A stretch of 14,327 bases of DNA. Source: a virus. The translations under genes and the position numbers were made by a program. The stretch lies in the UHGV virus genome UHGV-0149611; one strand, written 5' to 3'. The notes beneath the pieces were generated by a model, which ran no database searches, was not told where the DNA came from, and saw only the letters and a program-made list of their open reading frames with translations. Positions 1-8,580 of this stretch are shown here, piece after piece (the stretch's first letter is position 1; each line of letters opens with the position of its first letter).

Positions 1-74
1 CTGTAAATTGTCAATCAACGGGGAGGGAATGACCTTCCCCACTAAATAAAACCCTTAAACTAGGAGATTCAAAA
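1..74 (+). repeat. Intergenic cassette copy 1 (stop codon TAA 4-6, hairpin 20-40, CACTAAATAAA, GGAG, ATG at 75); possibly truncated at window edge
   Basis: Near-identical to 1162-1233 and similar to 568-636 and 1492-1563; 8-bp stem GGGGAGGG/CCTTCCCC with 5-nt loop; GGAG lies 9 nt before the ATG. Confidence 0.8.
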
Positions 75-416
75 ATGGCTTATGTAACCGTAATTACCGA
101 TAAAGCTGGCGCATCTTGGTCAACTCAAGTAAGTGATAAGATGTCACCTATGCAGTGCCTAAAATACTTTGAACAGTGGAACAAAGGCGAGGACACAAGC
201 CCCTTTCAAGTGATGCAGATTATCCATGTAGATAACGAAGGGAATAAAACGGTTTTAAATAGTGAATACTACGCAAGCCGTTTTGAAACGAGAAGTAAAA
301 CAATGAAGCTTTTACGTGAATCCGGTTATGCCCATATCGCCGCGTTAATCTGGGATGACCTGCTAAAAAACCAACGTATCAGCTATGTAAAGCCTGAAAA
401 AATATTCATCAGTTAA
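75..416 (+). CDS. hypothetical protein (113 aa)
   Basis: ORF with GGAG Shine-Dalgarno upstream, supplied by the conserved cassette; no recognisable motif. Confidence 0.65.
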   Translation: MAYVTVITDKAGASWSTQVSDKMSPMQCLKYFEQWNKGEDTSPFQVMQIIHVDNEGNKTVLNSEYYASRFETRSKTMKLLRESGYAHIAALIWDDLLKNQRISYVKPEKIFIS

Positions 417-448
417 TCAATAACTTACAAAAAACTTTTAAAAAAGTG

Positions 449-477
449 TTGACAATACCCCTTGACATTGGTAACTT
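449..477 (+). promoter_or_regulatory. sigma70-like promoter candidate: A-rich upstream, TTGACA (449-454), 17-bp spacer, TAACTT (472-477); a second TTGACA at 462-467
   Basis: Exact -35 hexamer preceded by TTTTAAAAAAGTG, the same context as the other TTGACA sites in the window; weak -10. Confidence 0.4.
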
Positions 478-567
478 TGTTCGAGGGGGTTTATCTAAAA
501 GGGATTCACTTAAAAGATTCTTTATAGATAAGCTCAAAAAATTACTTGCAATCAACTATCAAAACAA

Positions 568-636
568 GTAAATTACTAATCAACGGGAAGGCAATAACCT
601 CCCCACTAAATAAAGTCCTAAACTGGAGATTCTAAA
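568..636 (+). repeat. Intergenic cassette copy 2 (carries its own TAA at 569-571 although no ORF ends there)
   Basis: Aligns with copies 1, 3 and 4; hairpin arms GGGAAGG/CCTCCCC differ from copy 1 but pairing is largely retained. Confidence 0.8.
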
Positions 637-1167
637 ATGAACAAATTTCAAGCTATCAACTTCATTCGTTCAAATGCTGTAATGTCTAAGCCTGTAAAAG
701 ATACATACGAATTCCGTTGTAATGGGGTACATTTCGCAACAATCACCAAATCAGAAAACGGGGCTTATTACGTTCATCGTCGTAATGTTTCCACTGTTGT
801 AGTCTCTCACTTTATGCAAGCTGTAGCGGAATTATTACCGTTATTCTTAGAGATTTACTTAGATGAGTGTAAAAACGTTCACAACCACGTTAAAAACCTT
901 TTAAACGGTTATAAAATGGCTTATGAACGTTCTATCAAGTCCTTAAACAAGTTCTATAAAGCCCCTGAAAACTCTGTTGCTTCAGCCTATGGCGTAGGCG
1001 GTTGGACTGTTAGTCTCTTCGAAGTGGAAGAAATCGAGCTTTACGACCATCGACCTAACGGTTACTCTAAGACTCTCGGTGAAGGTTTAACGTTCAATAT
1101 CAAGAACTTAGAAAAAACTTTAAAAGATATTGAAAAAGATATTGACGAGACAATAAAAAGTCTGTAA
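637..1167 (+). CDS. hypothetical protein (176 aa)
   Basis: ORF directly after cassette, GGAG 8-9 nt upstream of ATG. Confidence 0.7.
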   Translation: MNKFQAINFIRSNAVMSKPVKDTYEFRCNGVHFATITKSENGAYYVHRRNVSTVVVSHFMQAVAELLPLFLEIYLDECKNVHNHVKNLLNGYKMAYERSIKSLNKFYKAPENSVASAYGVGGWTVSLFEVEEIELYDHRPNGYSKTLGEGLTFNIKNLEKTLKDIEKDIDETIKSL

Positions 1168-1233
1168 ATTGTCAATCAACGGGGAGGGAATGACCTTCCC
1201 CACTAAATAAAACCCTAAACTGGAGTTATCAAG
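1162..1233 (+). repeat. Intergenic cassette copy 3 (its TAA 1165-1167 is the stop codon of the 637-1167 ORF)
   Basis: Almost identical to copy 1. Confidence 0.85.
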
Positions 1234-1497
1234 ATGGAAAACGTAGAATTAACCACACTTTTACAAATTGCAACTGACAAAGAAGATGTAGCACTGTTTC
1301 ACCGTATCGAAAGCGATTTATTCAATGGTGAAATCATCAAAGAGTCTTACGAAGTTGTCGGATTCAAAGATGGTAAAGCGTTTGGCTTTTTTGACCTCGA
1401 CAAAGGCAACGCTGTCACAAAGTATGATGTCGTATCTTGTGAGATTCTTACAAAATACAACGAAAAAAGGCTTGCAACATACGCCAATATGCAGTAA
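1234..1497 (+). CDS. hypothetical protein (87 aa)
   Basis: ORF directly after cassette with GGAG upstream. Confidence 0.65.
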   Translation: MENVELTTLLQIATDKEDVALFHRIESDLFNGEIIKESYEVVGFKDGKAFGFFDLDKGNAVTKYDVVSCEILTKYNEKRLATYANMQ

Positions 1498-1563
1498 ATT
1501 ACTAATCAACGGGAGGCGATAACCTCCCCACTAAATAAAACCCTTAAACTAGGAGATTCAAAA
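1492..1563 (+). repeat. Intergenic cassette copy 4 (TAA 1495-1497 is the stop of the preceding ORF)
   Basis: Aligns with other copies; hairpin GGGAGG/CCTCCCC variant. Confidence 0.85.
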
Positions 1564-1812
1564 ATGGCAACTATCCGCGCTACTGTCAATGCCTATGGCT
1601 GTTATACTCTGGACGTTAAATTCGATATTGGTGGAACTGATGAGTGTTTTTCATTAGTGAAGACAGTTATCAAACAAGTTATTCCAGATTATAACCCTAC
1701 TGATGACTTCTGGAAAGATGCTGTAAAAGAGGCATTAAACGACGAGCATCACTATCATTACTGGGGTGACTTGATTGTTTCCCTGTACTACAATAAACAA
1801 GGTTACAACTAA
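1564..1812 (+). CDS. hypothetical protein (82 aa)
   Basis: ORF directly after cassette with GGAG upstream. Confidence 0.65.
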   Translation: MATIRATVNAYGCYTLDVKFDIGGTDECFSLVKTVIKQVIPDYNPTDDFWKDAVKEALNDEHHYHYWGDLIVSLYYNKQGYN

Positions 1813-1822
1813 TCGACGCAGC

Positions 1823-1876
1823 GGGGCTAAATAGCCCCAGATACCTCAACAGCCCCTATTTAAAGGGGCTTTTTTA
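1823..1876 (+). terminator. Rho-independent terminator: hairpin GGGGCT/AGCCCC (1823-1838), then AGCCCCT-ATTTAA-AGGGGCT (1851-1870) followed by TTTTTT (1871-1876)
   Basis: Perfect 7-bp GC-rich stem plus a 6-T tract immediately downstream of the last rightward small ORF. Confidence 0.8.
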
Positions 1877-3420
1877 CGTCTATTGAATCCTTATACAATC
1901 CCTTTCCAGAATCTTATCAGACCTTAAAAGCAATAACTCTATAGTCTACTCTATAACCTCTTATCAAATCAACTTAAATAAAAGCCAATAACCCCCAGAA
2001 AGGGGATGGCCCATTTAAACGCTCTATAAAGCTCTATAACAGCCTTATCAACCTAACTTAAGGGATTGCATTAACCAACCTTAAAAAGCTCTTTACAGGG
2101 CTTTATAGAGACTTAAAAGAATCTTATAAGGGTGTAAGCTTTATCATCTCGTTAGTATCTTGTGAATAACTAAAAAGGGCTATGAGATAGGAATCTATCG
2201 AATCCTATTGTTAGTGTCTTAAAAGTATGTTATAGGGGCTTAAAAGTTACTTCAAAGTTACGTAAAAGGGGTTATAAAGTTACGTAAATGCTAACCCCCT
2301 TAACATTATCTTAACAATCCCTACATAGTTATGCTTGTTAGAGACTTGTTAGCCACTTGTTAAATCTCTGTTAAGACCACGTAAAAGCCTTGTAAGAGTC
2401 TTTGACATAGCCTTAAAAGTTCCTGTAAAGCCCTATAAAGAGGTGTCTGTATAGTTGGGGTGTAACTACTAGGAAGAGACTTAAAAGGGGCTATACAGAG
2501 CTATAGAGAGCTTTTAAGAGGTATGTTTAAGGAATCACTAAGAAGGGAAAGGGAACGATAAGAAAGAGATAGTGACCATGTTAATAGCTTGTTAAAAAGA
2601 TTAAACACTTGTTAGAGACTTGTTAATTATCTTAACAAAATAACTCTTAAAAATTAACTTGTTAGCTCTTGTTAGTCATCTGTTAAGATTCTGTAAAGCC
2701 CATGTATCAACTGTTAAGAAACTGTTAAGCCCTTGTTAGTTCTGTTAAGAATCTGTTAAGACCTATGAAGAGTTGTTAAGAGCTTGAGAGAGTTGTTAAG
2801 AAATTGTTAAGGATATTTTAAAATTTTGCAAAGTACTTGTAAGGGAGTTGTTAAGGGCTACCAAGCAGATATACACCCTATTCAGATATTTTTGAGTTCC
2901 TTCAAAGACCCTAAAAAATGACTTGATAGTCCTATTTTATAAAAATTTTAAGATTCTGAATAATTACCTAGACAGTCTTTTAAAAATACAGGTAATAACA
3001 GGCTTATAAGATACCTTGTTAGTACCGTGTTAGACCTTGTGAGATAAGGTCTGTAAAGATATTCCTGTTAAGTTTGTTAAAACAGTCTATATAGAGGCTT
3101 AGTAATACCTAGTGAACACCTATAGAGAGTAACATAGCTGACATAGAGATTAAGAGGTGTATAGGAGCTTCTAAGAGGGTATAGAGAGATGGTTAAGGTG
3201 ATTGTATAGGTTGTTTAGAAGGCTTGTTAGAAGAGTGTTTAGAAGGGCTATTTAGAAGGGTTATACAGAGGGCTATTAAGACCACTAGATAGTTACTAAG
3301 ATACTATATAGTACTATATAACTATATAGAGAGTAAGATTAAGAAGGTTGTTAAGAAGGATAGATATTTTATTCACATATGATGGTGACCAAGAGGTTGG
3401 GACAACCGATAAAATTTTAT
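1877..3420. repeat. ~1.5-kb non-coding region of degenerate short words (CTTAAAAG, CTATAAAG, CTTGTTAG, CTGTTAAG, TTAGAAG, CTATATAG), partly phased at ~10-11 bp
   Basis: No ORF of 60 aa or more on either strand; stop-rich in all frames; YTGTTARG words starting at 2588, 2609, 2619, 2659, 2669, 2680, 2711, 2722, 2732, 2742, 2753, 2773, 2793, 2804. Confidence 0.8.
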
Positions 3421-3451
3421 AAAAATTAAAAAGCCCCCAATTAAGGAGGCT
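3421..3451 (-). terminator. Rho-independent terminator candidate at the end of the leftward gene block
   Basis: On the minus strand: AGCCTCC-TTAATT-GGGGGCT hairpin followed by TTTTTAATTTTT, just downstream of the stop at 3463. Confidence 0.6.
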
Positions 3452-3462
3452 CTTAAGATATT

Positions 3463-4086
3463 TTAAATCAGTGTTTCCAGAACTGTCTTCAGTGATGACT
3501 TGGTTGTCTGATAAAAATGAGTAAATCCATTGTTGTTATCGAATATCTGCATCATGATATCATCACCCTTGATTGGGTAAACTCGGATATCATAGTGAAA
3601 ACCATTAAAGACACAAGAGCCATTACAGAATGCACTAAAGTCATCAACTGAGATATACTCTTCATGTCCTGTGATTTTTATACAAACGCCTTTACTCGGT
3701 CTCTTAGGGTTGATATCTTCCATCACAGACATACTCTGTCCACCAAGAGATACCATAGTGACCACTTTACGGTTCTTCTGTTTAAAGTACATCTTAACTT
3801 TCTGCAAAGTGTCTTCATAGAATGGATAAGACTTCTCTACAAAGATTCCTTCAAGTGGCTCTTTACCATTTTCAACTTCTCGGTTATGCCGTACTGCAAA
3901 GATAATTTGTTCGAACCAGTCAAGATTTTCTTCGGAGAGTGCTTCCCGAACATCCTTCCAGTCAAGTACTAAGTAGTTACCTTCAACTTCTTTTAAGTTA
4001 TCTTTTTCCATATCTATCACACCATTATCGTAAAACTTGATATTCTGGTACTGCGAATTTATTACTATTATTCTTGATGAGGTCAT
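3463..4086 (-). CDS. hypothetical protein (207 aa); start uncertain
   Basis: Long ORF; first ATG overlaps the upstream gene by 62 nt and has a poorly spaced SD; an internal ATG near 4011 is an alternative. Confidence 0.55.
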   Translation of the reverse strand: MTSSRIIVINSQYQNIKFYDNGVIDMEKDNLKEVEGNYLVLDWKDVREALSEENLDWFEQIIFAVRHNREVENGKEPLEGIFVEKSYPFYEDTLQKVKMYFKQKNRKVVTMVSLGGQSMSVMEDINPKRPSKGVCIKITGHEEYISVDDFSAFCNGSCVFNGFHYDIRVYPIKGDDIMMQIFDNNNGFTHFYQTTKSSLKTVLETLI

Positions 4087-4489
4087 CCTCTGAAACTAAA
4101 AATGTAATACCACATAAGTGTCTGTAACGACTATCATACTCGAATATCTTAAACAGATATTTACCATCATGATAAACCTGTTGCACTTCACCTTCTGCAA
4201 CAATCTCGCCTGTAATAAAATTTTTTAGTTTATACACATTACCAACCTTAGGTACTGTTTTCATCTCAGGCTCTTTTAGTGCTACACCTATTTTTACATC
4301 ACCGAGTAAATGAGAACTCTCAAAAGCTACGTGTTTCATATAGGCTTCTGAGCATTCCCAAATAAAACAATGTACAAGAACCTTAGCAGCATGTCTTGAG
4401 CAGTTCAACTTATCACAAATTTCTGTGTACATCTCATCTTTAGTAGAATTGTCAAGCATTGCTCTTTGCACTACTTCTTTAATTTTCAT
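4025..4489 (-). CDS. hypothetical protein (154 aa)
   Basis: ORF in leftward block, 11-nt overlap with upstream gene. Confidence 0.6.
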   Translation of the reverse strand: MKIKEVVQRAMLDNSTKDEMYTEICDKLNCSRHAAKVLVHCFIWECSEAYMKHVAFESSHLLGDVKIGVALKEPEMKTVPKVGNVYKLKNFITGEIVAEGEVQQVYHDGKYLFKIFEYDSRYRHLCGITFLVSEDDLIKNNSNKFAVPEYQVLR

Positions 4490-4907
4490 AAGCTCTCCGA
4501 ATAACCCTATTAAGCATCTCTAAAGTCAGCTTTCCAGATTCTAAATGTGGCATAACAAGCTTTAAAGCTTTTTCAACATCATGCACAACATCTATTATAC
4601 CTTCCGCGTAGGCTTCTACAAGGATATCTTTTACATTTTGTGATTTACCTTTTTGTGGTATCACTAGACGCATATCAAACTCATTTGCTTGAGGATGGTT
4701 CTTACCACGCCAGAAACCGTCCTTATCAAAGCTTATAAAGTTATCCTCATTAAAATTAATACCACAAACCTTAAACTTATCTAAAACTATGCAGTTGAGA
4801 GGGTAATCATCACTTGCATCATTCATTCCAAGAAACTTAACAGTAGCTATATACCTCTGTGTCTTTGCATCTACAACGTCAAGCTCTTTACCTATAAGTT
4901 CTTTCAT
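4479..4907 (-). CDS. hypothetical protein (142 aa)
   Basis: ORF in leftward block. Confidence 0.6.
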   Translation of the reverse strand: MKELIGKELDVVDAKTQRYIATVKFLGMNDASDDYPLNCIVLDKFKVCGINFNEDNFISFDKDGFWRGKNHPQANEFDMRLVIPQKGKSQNVKDILVEAYAEGIIDVVHDVEKALKLVMPHLESGKLTLEMLNRVIRRAYEN

Positions 4908-4960
4908 TTCGCTACCTTCTAAGTTCCTACAAAGGGGCTATCAAGTAACCCCTCAAGTTA

Positions 4961-5185
4961 TTACTCAGATTTTTCAGTCTTCTTATCAGATTTCTTACTA
5001 GTCTTCTTCTCAGCTTTCTGTTCAGGCTCCTTCTCAGAAGTTGCCTTAATAACCATATCAAGAAGCTCTGATAAGTCACTCTTCAGAAGTGTTACAGGCT
5101 GCTCGTTGTAGAAGTTTTTGTCAAGATAAACTTTGAATTCTTCTATAGAAGGAAATCCAAAAATTGGTACAGGTGTCTTAATCAT
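4961..5185 (-). CDS. hypothetical small protein (74 aa) with lysine-rich C-terminus
   Basis: ORF in leftward block; C-terminal KAEKKTSKKSDKKTEKSE tail. Confidence 0.5.
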   Translation of the reverse strand: MIKTPVPIFGFPSIEEFKVYLDKNFYNEQPVTLLKSDLSELLDMVIKATSEKEPEQKAEKKTSKKSDKKTEKSE

Positions 5186-5261
5186 TACTTAGTCTCTCCA
5201 TAGGCATCTTTTAAGATTGCCTTGTTAATCATTTCAGCGATTGCAAAACGAACACATACAG

Positions 5262-5795
5262 CTATAATTGTAGGTTGCATTCTTTACTTACCTCTTCAAG
5301 TTTAACCTCAGAATCCTTAAGTCGTTTCTTATGAACTCTGAATCTTAGTAGTGAGATAATGATACCAGCTAAAGGAACAGCATACAAGTACCATACATCA
5401 TATACCTTTGCAGTAATCTGTGTGATAGTTAAATCTTGAGCTATGTAGCTGATTGCTGATACTGCCAGTAACATTGCTAAGAAGAACGCCAGTACCATAA
5501 CAATACTTAGGCAGCCTCTGGCATGGTGTTCATGCTTAATACACTTATTCTTCTCTTCAACAACCCTGTTGTAGTCATTTGTAAAATCTCTGTAGAAAGC
5601 TTTCAAGTATTCTTGAGTGTAGCCTTCAAAGCAACCTGTACCGTACCAATAATCACCACCAAAATGTGCTATGATACCAGTATCCCCATTTGGTTTGGTT
5701 ACTCTTAGTGAAGTATGATGACCAGTCTTCTGATAATCTATCTTGTATCTTTCTTCGTAAATCATTTCCCAACCCCTCTCAATCGTTTGTTCCAC
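5262..5795 (-). CDS. hypothetical membrane protein (177 aa), two predicted transmembrane helices
   Basis: Hydrophobic stretches LSIVMVLAFFLAMLLAVSAISYIA and VWYLYAVPLAGIIISLL followed by a basic stretch. Confidence 0.6.
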   Translation of the reverse strand: MEQTIERGWEMIYEERYKIDYQKTGHHTSLRVTKPNGDTGIIAHFGGDYWYGTGCFEGYTQEYLKAFYRDFTNDYNRVVEEKNKCIKHEHHARGCLSIVMVLAFFLAMLLAVSAISYIAQDLTITQITAKVYDVWYLYAVPLAGIIISLLRFRVHKKRLKDSEVKLEEVSKECNLQL

Positions 5796-5980
5796 TCAAG
5801 GTCAACAAGCCTTTGCAGGACTTTACCTCTAGGTGTTACACCTTTTAAATCTGCATCGTAGCAACGGTAAAAGTCACCTTCAGCGTGTTTACCGTAGCAT
5901 TTTCTGATATTCTGGCTCCTACGATACTGCTCTAACAGGGACAGTTTGTAGTAGTCTTCAACTGTAGTTAGTTTTTTCAT
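5762..5980 (-). CDS. hypothetical protein (72 aa)
   Basis: ORF overlapping the downstream gene by 34 nt; weak SD. Confidence 0.4.
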   Translation of the reverse strand: MKKLTTVEDYYKLSLLEQYRRSQNIRKCYGKHAEGDFYRCYDADLKGVTPRGKVLQRLVDLEWNKRLRGVGK

Positions 5981-6005
5981 TCTTTTACCATGTCTCTTAT
6001 CTAGA

Positions 6006-6038
6006 AACTAAAAAGGGAACTACCTCTCGATAGCTCCC
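6006..6038 (-). terminator. Possible internal terminator or attenuator
   Basis: On the minus strand: GGGAGCT/AGTTCCC imperfect 7-bp stem followed by TTTTTAGTTT, after the stop of the 6064-6645 gene. Confidence 0.35.
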
Positions 6039-6063
6039 ATCATAATCAGTGTTGTATACTCGG

Positions 6064-6645
6064 TCAAGAGTATTTTTTAGGCAGCAATGCACTGCGCTTG
6101 TTACTCTCTTCACTCAATAGTGCAATGAAATCATCACTTTTACCTTTCCACGGGCTGAATGAAGGGATATGTTCGCGGATAGCCTCAATCACTGTTTTAA
6201 GTGCTGTGTTCTTCATCCACCAATCAGAATCTGCTGATGCTACCACGTAGTATCCACCGTCATCAGTTAAAATTGGCTCTGAAATACATGGTGAAATCAA
6301 AGTGGTGATGATTGAACCGTTGTTCATGTAGTATGTGCGCTTCATAACCTTTTCAAGAAGCTTGTGAAGGTCACCAAACAGTGTTACAAGTTCTTTGTGG
6401 TCGATGTCTTTTTCGAGGCTTGCTCGGTACTTCAATAGTGCGGCATCAACCTCTCTGTCATTGAACTTGAAATATTGAACTTCTTCAACAAGGCAAACAC
6501 TGATGTTGTTAACATTCATAGTCAACTTACAAACTTTTACAGGAGAGTTGATATTTGGTTGAAAAAGTGCAATACACCCTTCAATATTTCCAAAATGCTG
6601 TACCAGTGTTACTTGTGGAGTGATATTCTGTTGCTCTTCGGACAT
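6064..6645 (-). CDS. hypothetical protein (193 aa)
   Basis: ORF; start overlaps the upstream stop by 1 nt. Confidence 0.6.
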   Translation of the reverse strand: MSEEQQNITPQVTLVQHFGNIEGCIALFQPNINSPVKVCKLTMNVNNISVCLVEEVQYFKFNDREVDAALLKYRASLEKDIDHKELVTLFGDLHKLLEKVMKRTYYMNNGSIITTLISPCISEPILTDDGGYYVVASADSDWWMKNTALKTVIEAIREHIPSFSPWKGKSDDFIALLSEESNKRSALLPKKYS

Positions 6646-6989
6646 TACAGTTTCCTCATTAAATACTTTTTAAGTTGTGTGTTTGGTTTCTCAAAAACTT
6701 CTATAGAAGATATCTTTACAGATTCACCACGCATACCAGTATGTTTGAATATATAGTACTCTAACATCCCTATGTACTTTGCTGGCAAGTCATACTTGAC
6801 ATACACCGTTACAGAATCTTCAAACTCAACAACCTTTGTACCATCTTTGTAGTTAAACTCTTTAGGATGGTTGTAGTTGTCTATATCGTACATTAAGAAG
6901 AGTCTTTTACGTTGTAAGTCAAGCTTATTTGTTAAAGACTCTTTAATATCTGAGAAGTTTTTGTAAACTGTGACATGGAGCTTACTCAT
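6645..6989 (-). CDS. hypothetical protein (114 aa)
   Basis: ORF in coupled leftward array. Confidence 0.6.
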   Translation of the reverse strand: MSKLHVTVYKNFSDIKESLTNKLDLQRKRLFLMYDIDNYNHPKEFNYKDGTKVVEFEDSVTVYVKYDLPAKYIGMLEYYIFKHTGMRGESVKISSIEVFEKPNTQLKKYLMRKL

Positions 6990-7275
6990 CGTTAAACTCT
7001 CTGACGAAGAAATAGTTGACTTTATTATTACCTACCATAAGGTCAAAGCAGGTGTTCTCAAAAGGCTTGTTGTAGGCATCATATGAAGTGTACGTATCAG
7101 CTACTTGCTTAGTAGTGAGCTTTTTACTTGATGGATTTAAGAGGCCACCATACAGTTTCTTGATAGCCTCTTCTACAACAGACCATATAATTTCGTCAGT
7201 AATTTCTTCGTACAGGTCAAGTTCACGCTCTAGTGAGAAGTCACAAATAGGGAAAATAACCTGTACTTTACTCAT
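6982..7275 (-). CDS. hypothetical protein (97 aa)
   Basis: ORF in coupled leftward array. Confidence 0.6.
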   Translation of the reverse strand: MSKVQVIFPICDFSLERELDLYEEITDEIIWSVVEEAIKKLYGGLLNPSSKKLTTKQVADTYTSYDAYNKPFENTCFDLMVGNNKVNYFFVREFNDE

Positions 7276-7673
7276 TAACGAATCACCTGTGAGACTTGAA
7301 TTGCTTCAGTTACTGACAAGTCACCTACTTTCTCTTCTTTGATAAAGGTGAAGGTAAGTTCAACAGGCTCTCGCTCTTCTTGCTCAACTGGAACACCATT
7401 AAGCTCATCAAAGATTGATTGGGTTGTCCAATCTTCACCACCATCTGGGTAGTGGATTGCGTAAAGAGGGAACTCCCTGTCAAACCAACCAAATACAGGA
7501 CAACCATCTTCATCATCTCGTACTCGATGAAGTGTGCTTCCAGACCCTGTAAACTGAAGGAATAAATCTCCGTTGCACTTGTATATTACTGCATCGGCAA
7601 AACCTATATCTTCTCGACCATCATGGCCAAACGTGTCAACTTTTACTTGGATATCTCTAACATCTTTATTCAT
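7275..7673 (-). CDS. hypothetical protein (132 aa)
   Basis: ORF in coupled leftward array. Confidence 0.6.
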   Translation of the reverse strand: MNKDVRDIQVKVDTFGHDGREDIGFADAVIYKCNGDLFLQFTGSGSTLHRVRDDEDGCPVFGWFDREFPLYAIHYPDGGEDWTTQSIFDELNGVPVEQEEREPVELTFTFIKEEKVGDLSVTEAIQVSQVIR

Positions 7674-8064
7674 AAAAACCTCTCTCTGCTTGTTCGATTT
7701 TTGCTTTTAGAACTTCACACCGTTCAATGTGATATCTGGCTTCATGCTCATGTGTCGCCAAAGTTCTTTCAAGAATGGTTTTATAGTAACCTGCAAGTTG
7801 CTCTCTTGTCAATGGGTTCTCTGAAATAATATCGAGACCACTTTCACCTAGAGTATTAAACTGTCCATGCTCATTTACATGGTAAGTTTCAAACTTGAAT
7901 AAACCATTATTAGCAGACTCAATAGGCGATAGTTCAACCAACTCAACAGTAAACCTTGTATGTACCCTATCTCCAACTGTAACAACGTTACTTCCAATGA
8001 TACGTACAAGCGAGCCGTTACGAGTGTACTTAAAAGTTCCAAAGTCACTAGCCCAAAGCTTCAT
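7666..8064 (-). CDS. hypothetical protein (132 aa)
   Basis: ORF with AGGAG 8 nt upstream of ATG on the minus strand. Confidence 0.65.
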   Translation of the reverse strand: MKLWASDFGTFKYTRNGSLVRIIGSNVVTVGDRVHTRFTVELVELSPIESANNGLFKFETYHVNEHGQFNTLGESGLDIISENPLTREQLAGYYKTILERTLATHEHEARYHIERCEVLKAKIEQAERGFYE

Positions 8065-8078
8065 AGTTTTCTCCTTAG

Positions 8079-8106
8079 AAAATAAAAAAGGCTCCCGAAG
8101 GAGCCT
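8079..8106 (-). terminator. Rho-independent terminator downstream of the lysozyme gene
   Basis: On the minus strand: AGGCTCC-TTCG-GGAGCCT hairpin followed by TTTTTTATTTT. Confidence 0.7.
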
Positions 8107-8115
8107 ATGAAGATA

Positions 8116-8580
8116 TTACTTTGGGTATACACTGTCAAGATAAATGTCAGCTTCCATTCTACGTCTGTTTTTCAGTCCGTTTGAAGTGACCTTCTGACCT
8201 TTGACTGTAACCTTGTTCCACCACTGCATAGCTTCTGCACAACCTACCTTATTACCAGCATTGTGGCGCTTGATAAATGTAGAATCCTGCATAGCTGTGA
8301 TACCGATGTTGTATGTTTCACTTACAAGTGCATCGAACTCATTCTGAGAAGTTGGAACCTTGATGGCTTTGTTCACTGCTACAACGAACTTTTCAACATC
8401 TGCGAGAAGATACTGTTCAGCTTGTTCAGCAGTAATTTTCATACCCATCTTAACAGGTTTTCCGTCAATACGGATTGTCCCATACCCAATTGTTGGGATT
8501 CCGGCAGAGTCTTCGTAAGCCTCTAACTTCAGACCTTCGAAGAACTTAATAGCATCTAAACCTTTTCTTGAGAGTTGCAT
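8116..8580 (-). CDS. lysozyme / endolysin, glycoside hydrolase family 24 (T4 e / P22 gp19 type)
   Basis: N-terminal catalytic signature EGLKLEAYEDSAGIPTIGYGT (Glu, then Asp 9 residues on, then Thr); overall resemblance to P22-type lysozyme including a C-terminal NRRR..E..L region. Confidence 0.85.
   Translation of the reverse strand: MQLSRKGLDAIKFFEGLKLEAYEDSAGIPTIGYGTIRIDGKPVKMGMKITAEQAEQYLLADVEKFVVAVNKAIKVPTSQNEFDALVSETYNIGITAMQDSTFIKRHNAGNKVGCAEAMQWWNKVTVKGQKVTSNGLKNRRRMEADIYLDSVYPK

Noticed and set aside
1-20. Adapter or vector sequence at the 5' end of the window, by analogy with the 3' end
   Set aside because: The first 74 nt match internal cassette copies 3 and 4 and carry no mosaic-end sequence; they are genuine phage sequence.
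1318-1522. ORFs 1318-1509 (-) and 1325-1522 (+) overlapping the 1234-1497 gene
   Set aside because: Alternative-frame or antisense ORFs inside a gene that has a proper cassette-supplied SD; the + ORF also runs through the conserved cassette.
1877-3420. CRISPR array as an explanation of the repeat-rich island
   Set aside because: No regularly spaced identical repeats of 25-40 bp with unique spacers; the units are 7-8-nt degenerate words at helical spacing.
3664-8526. Rightward ORFs 3664-3972, 5523-5708, 6475-6756, 7088-7342, 7623-7829, 7895-8110, 8263-8526 and leftward 7325-7516
   Set aside because: Each lies antisense to or nested in an alternative frame within longer leftward genes that form a coupled array with SD sites; typical shadow ORFs.
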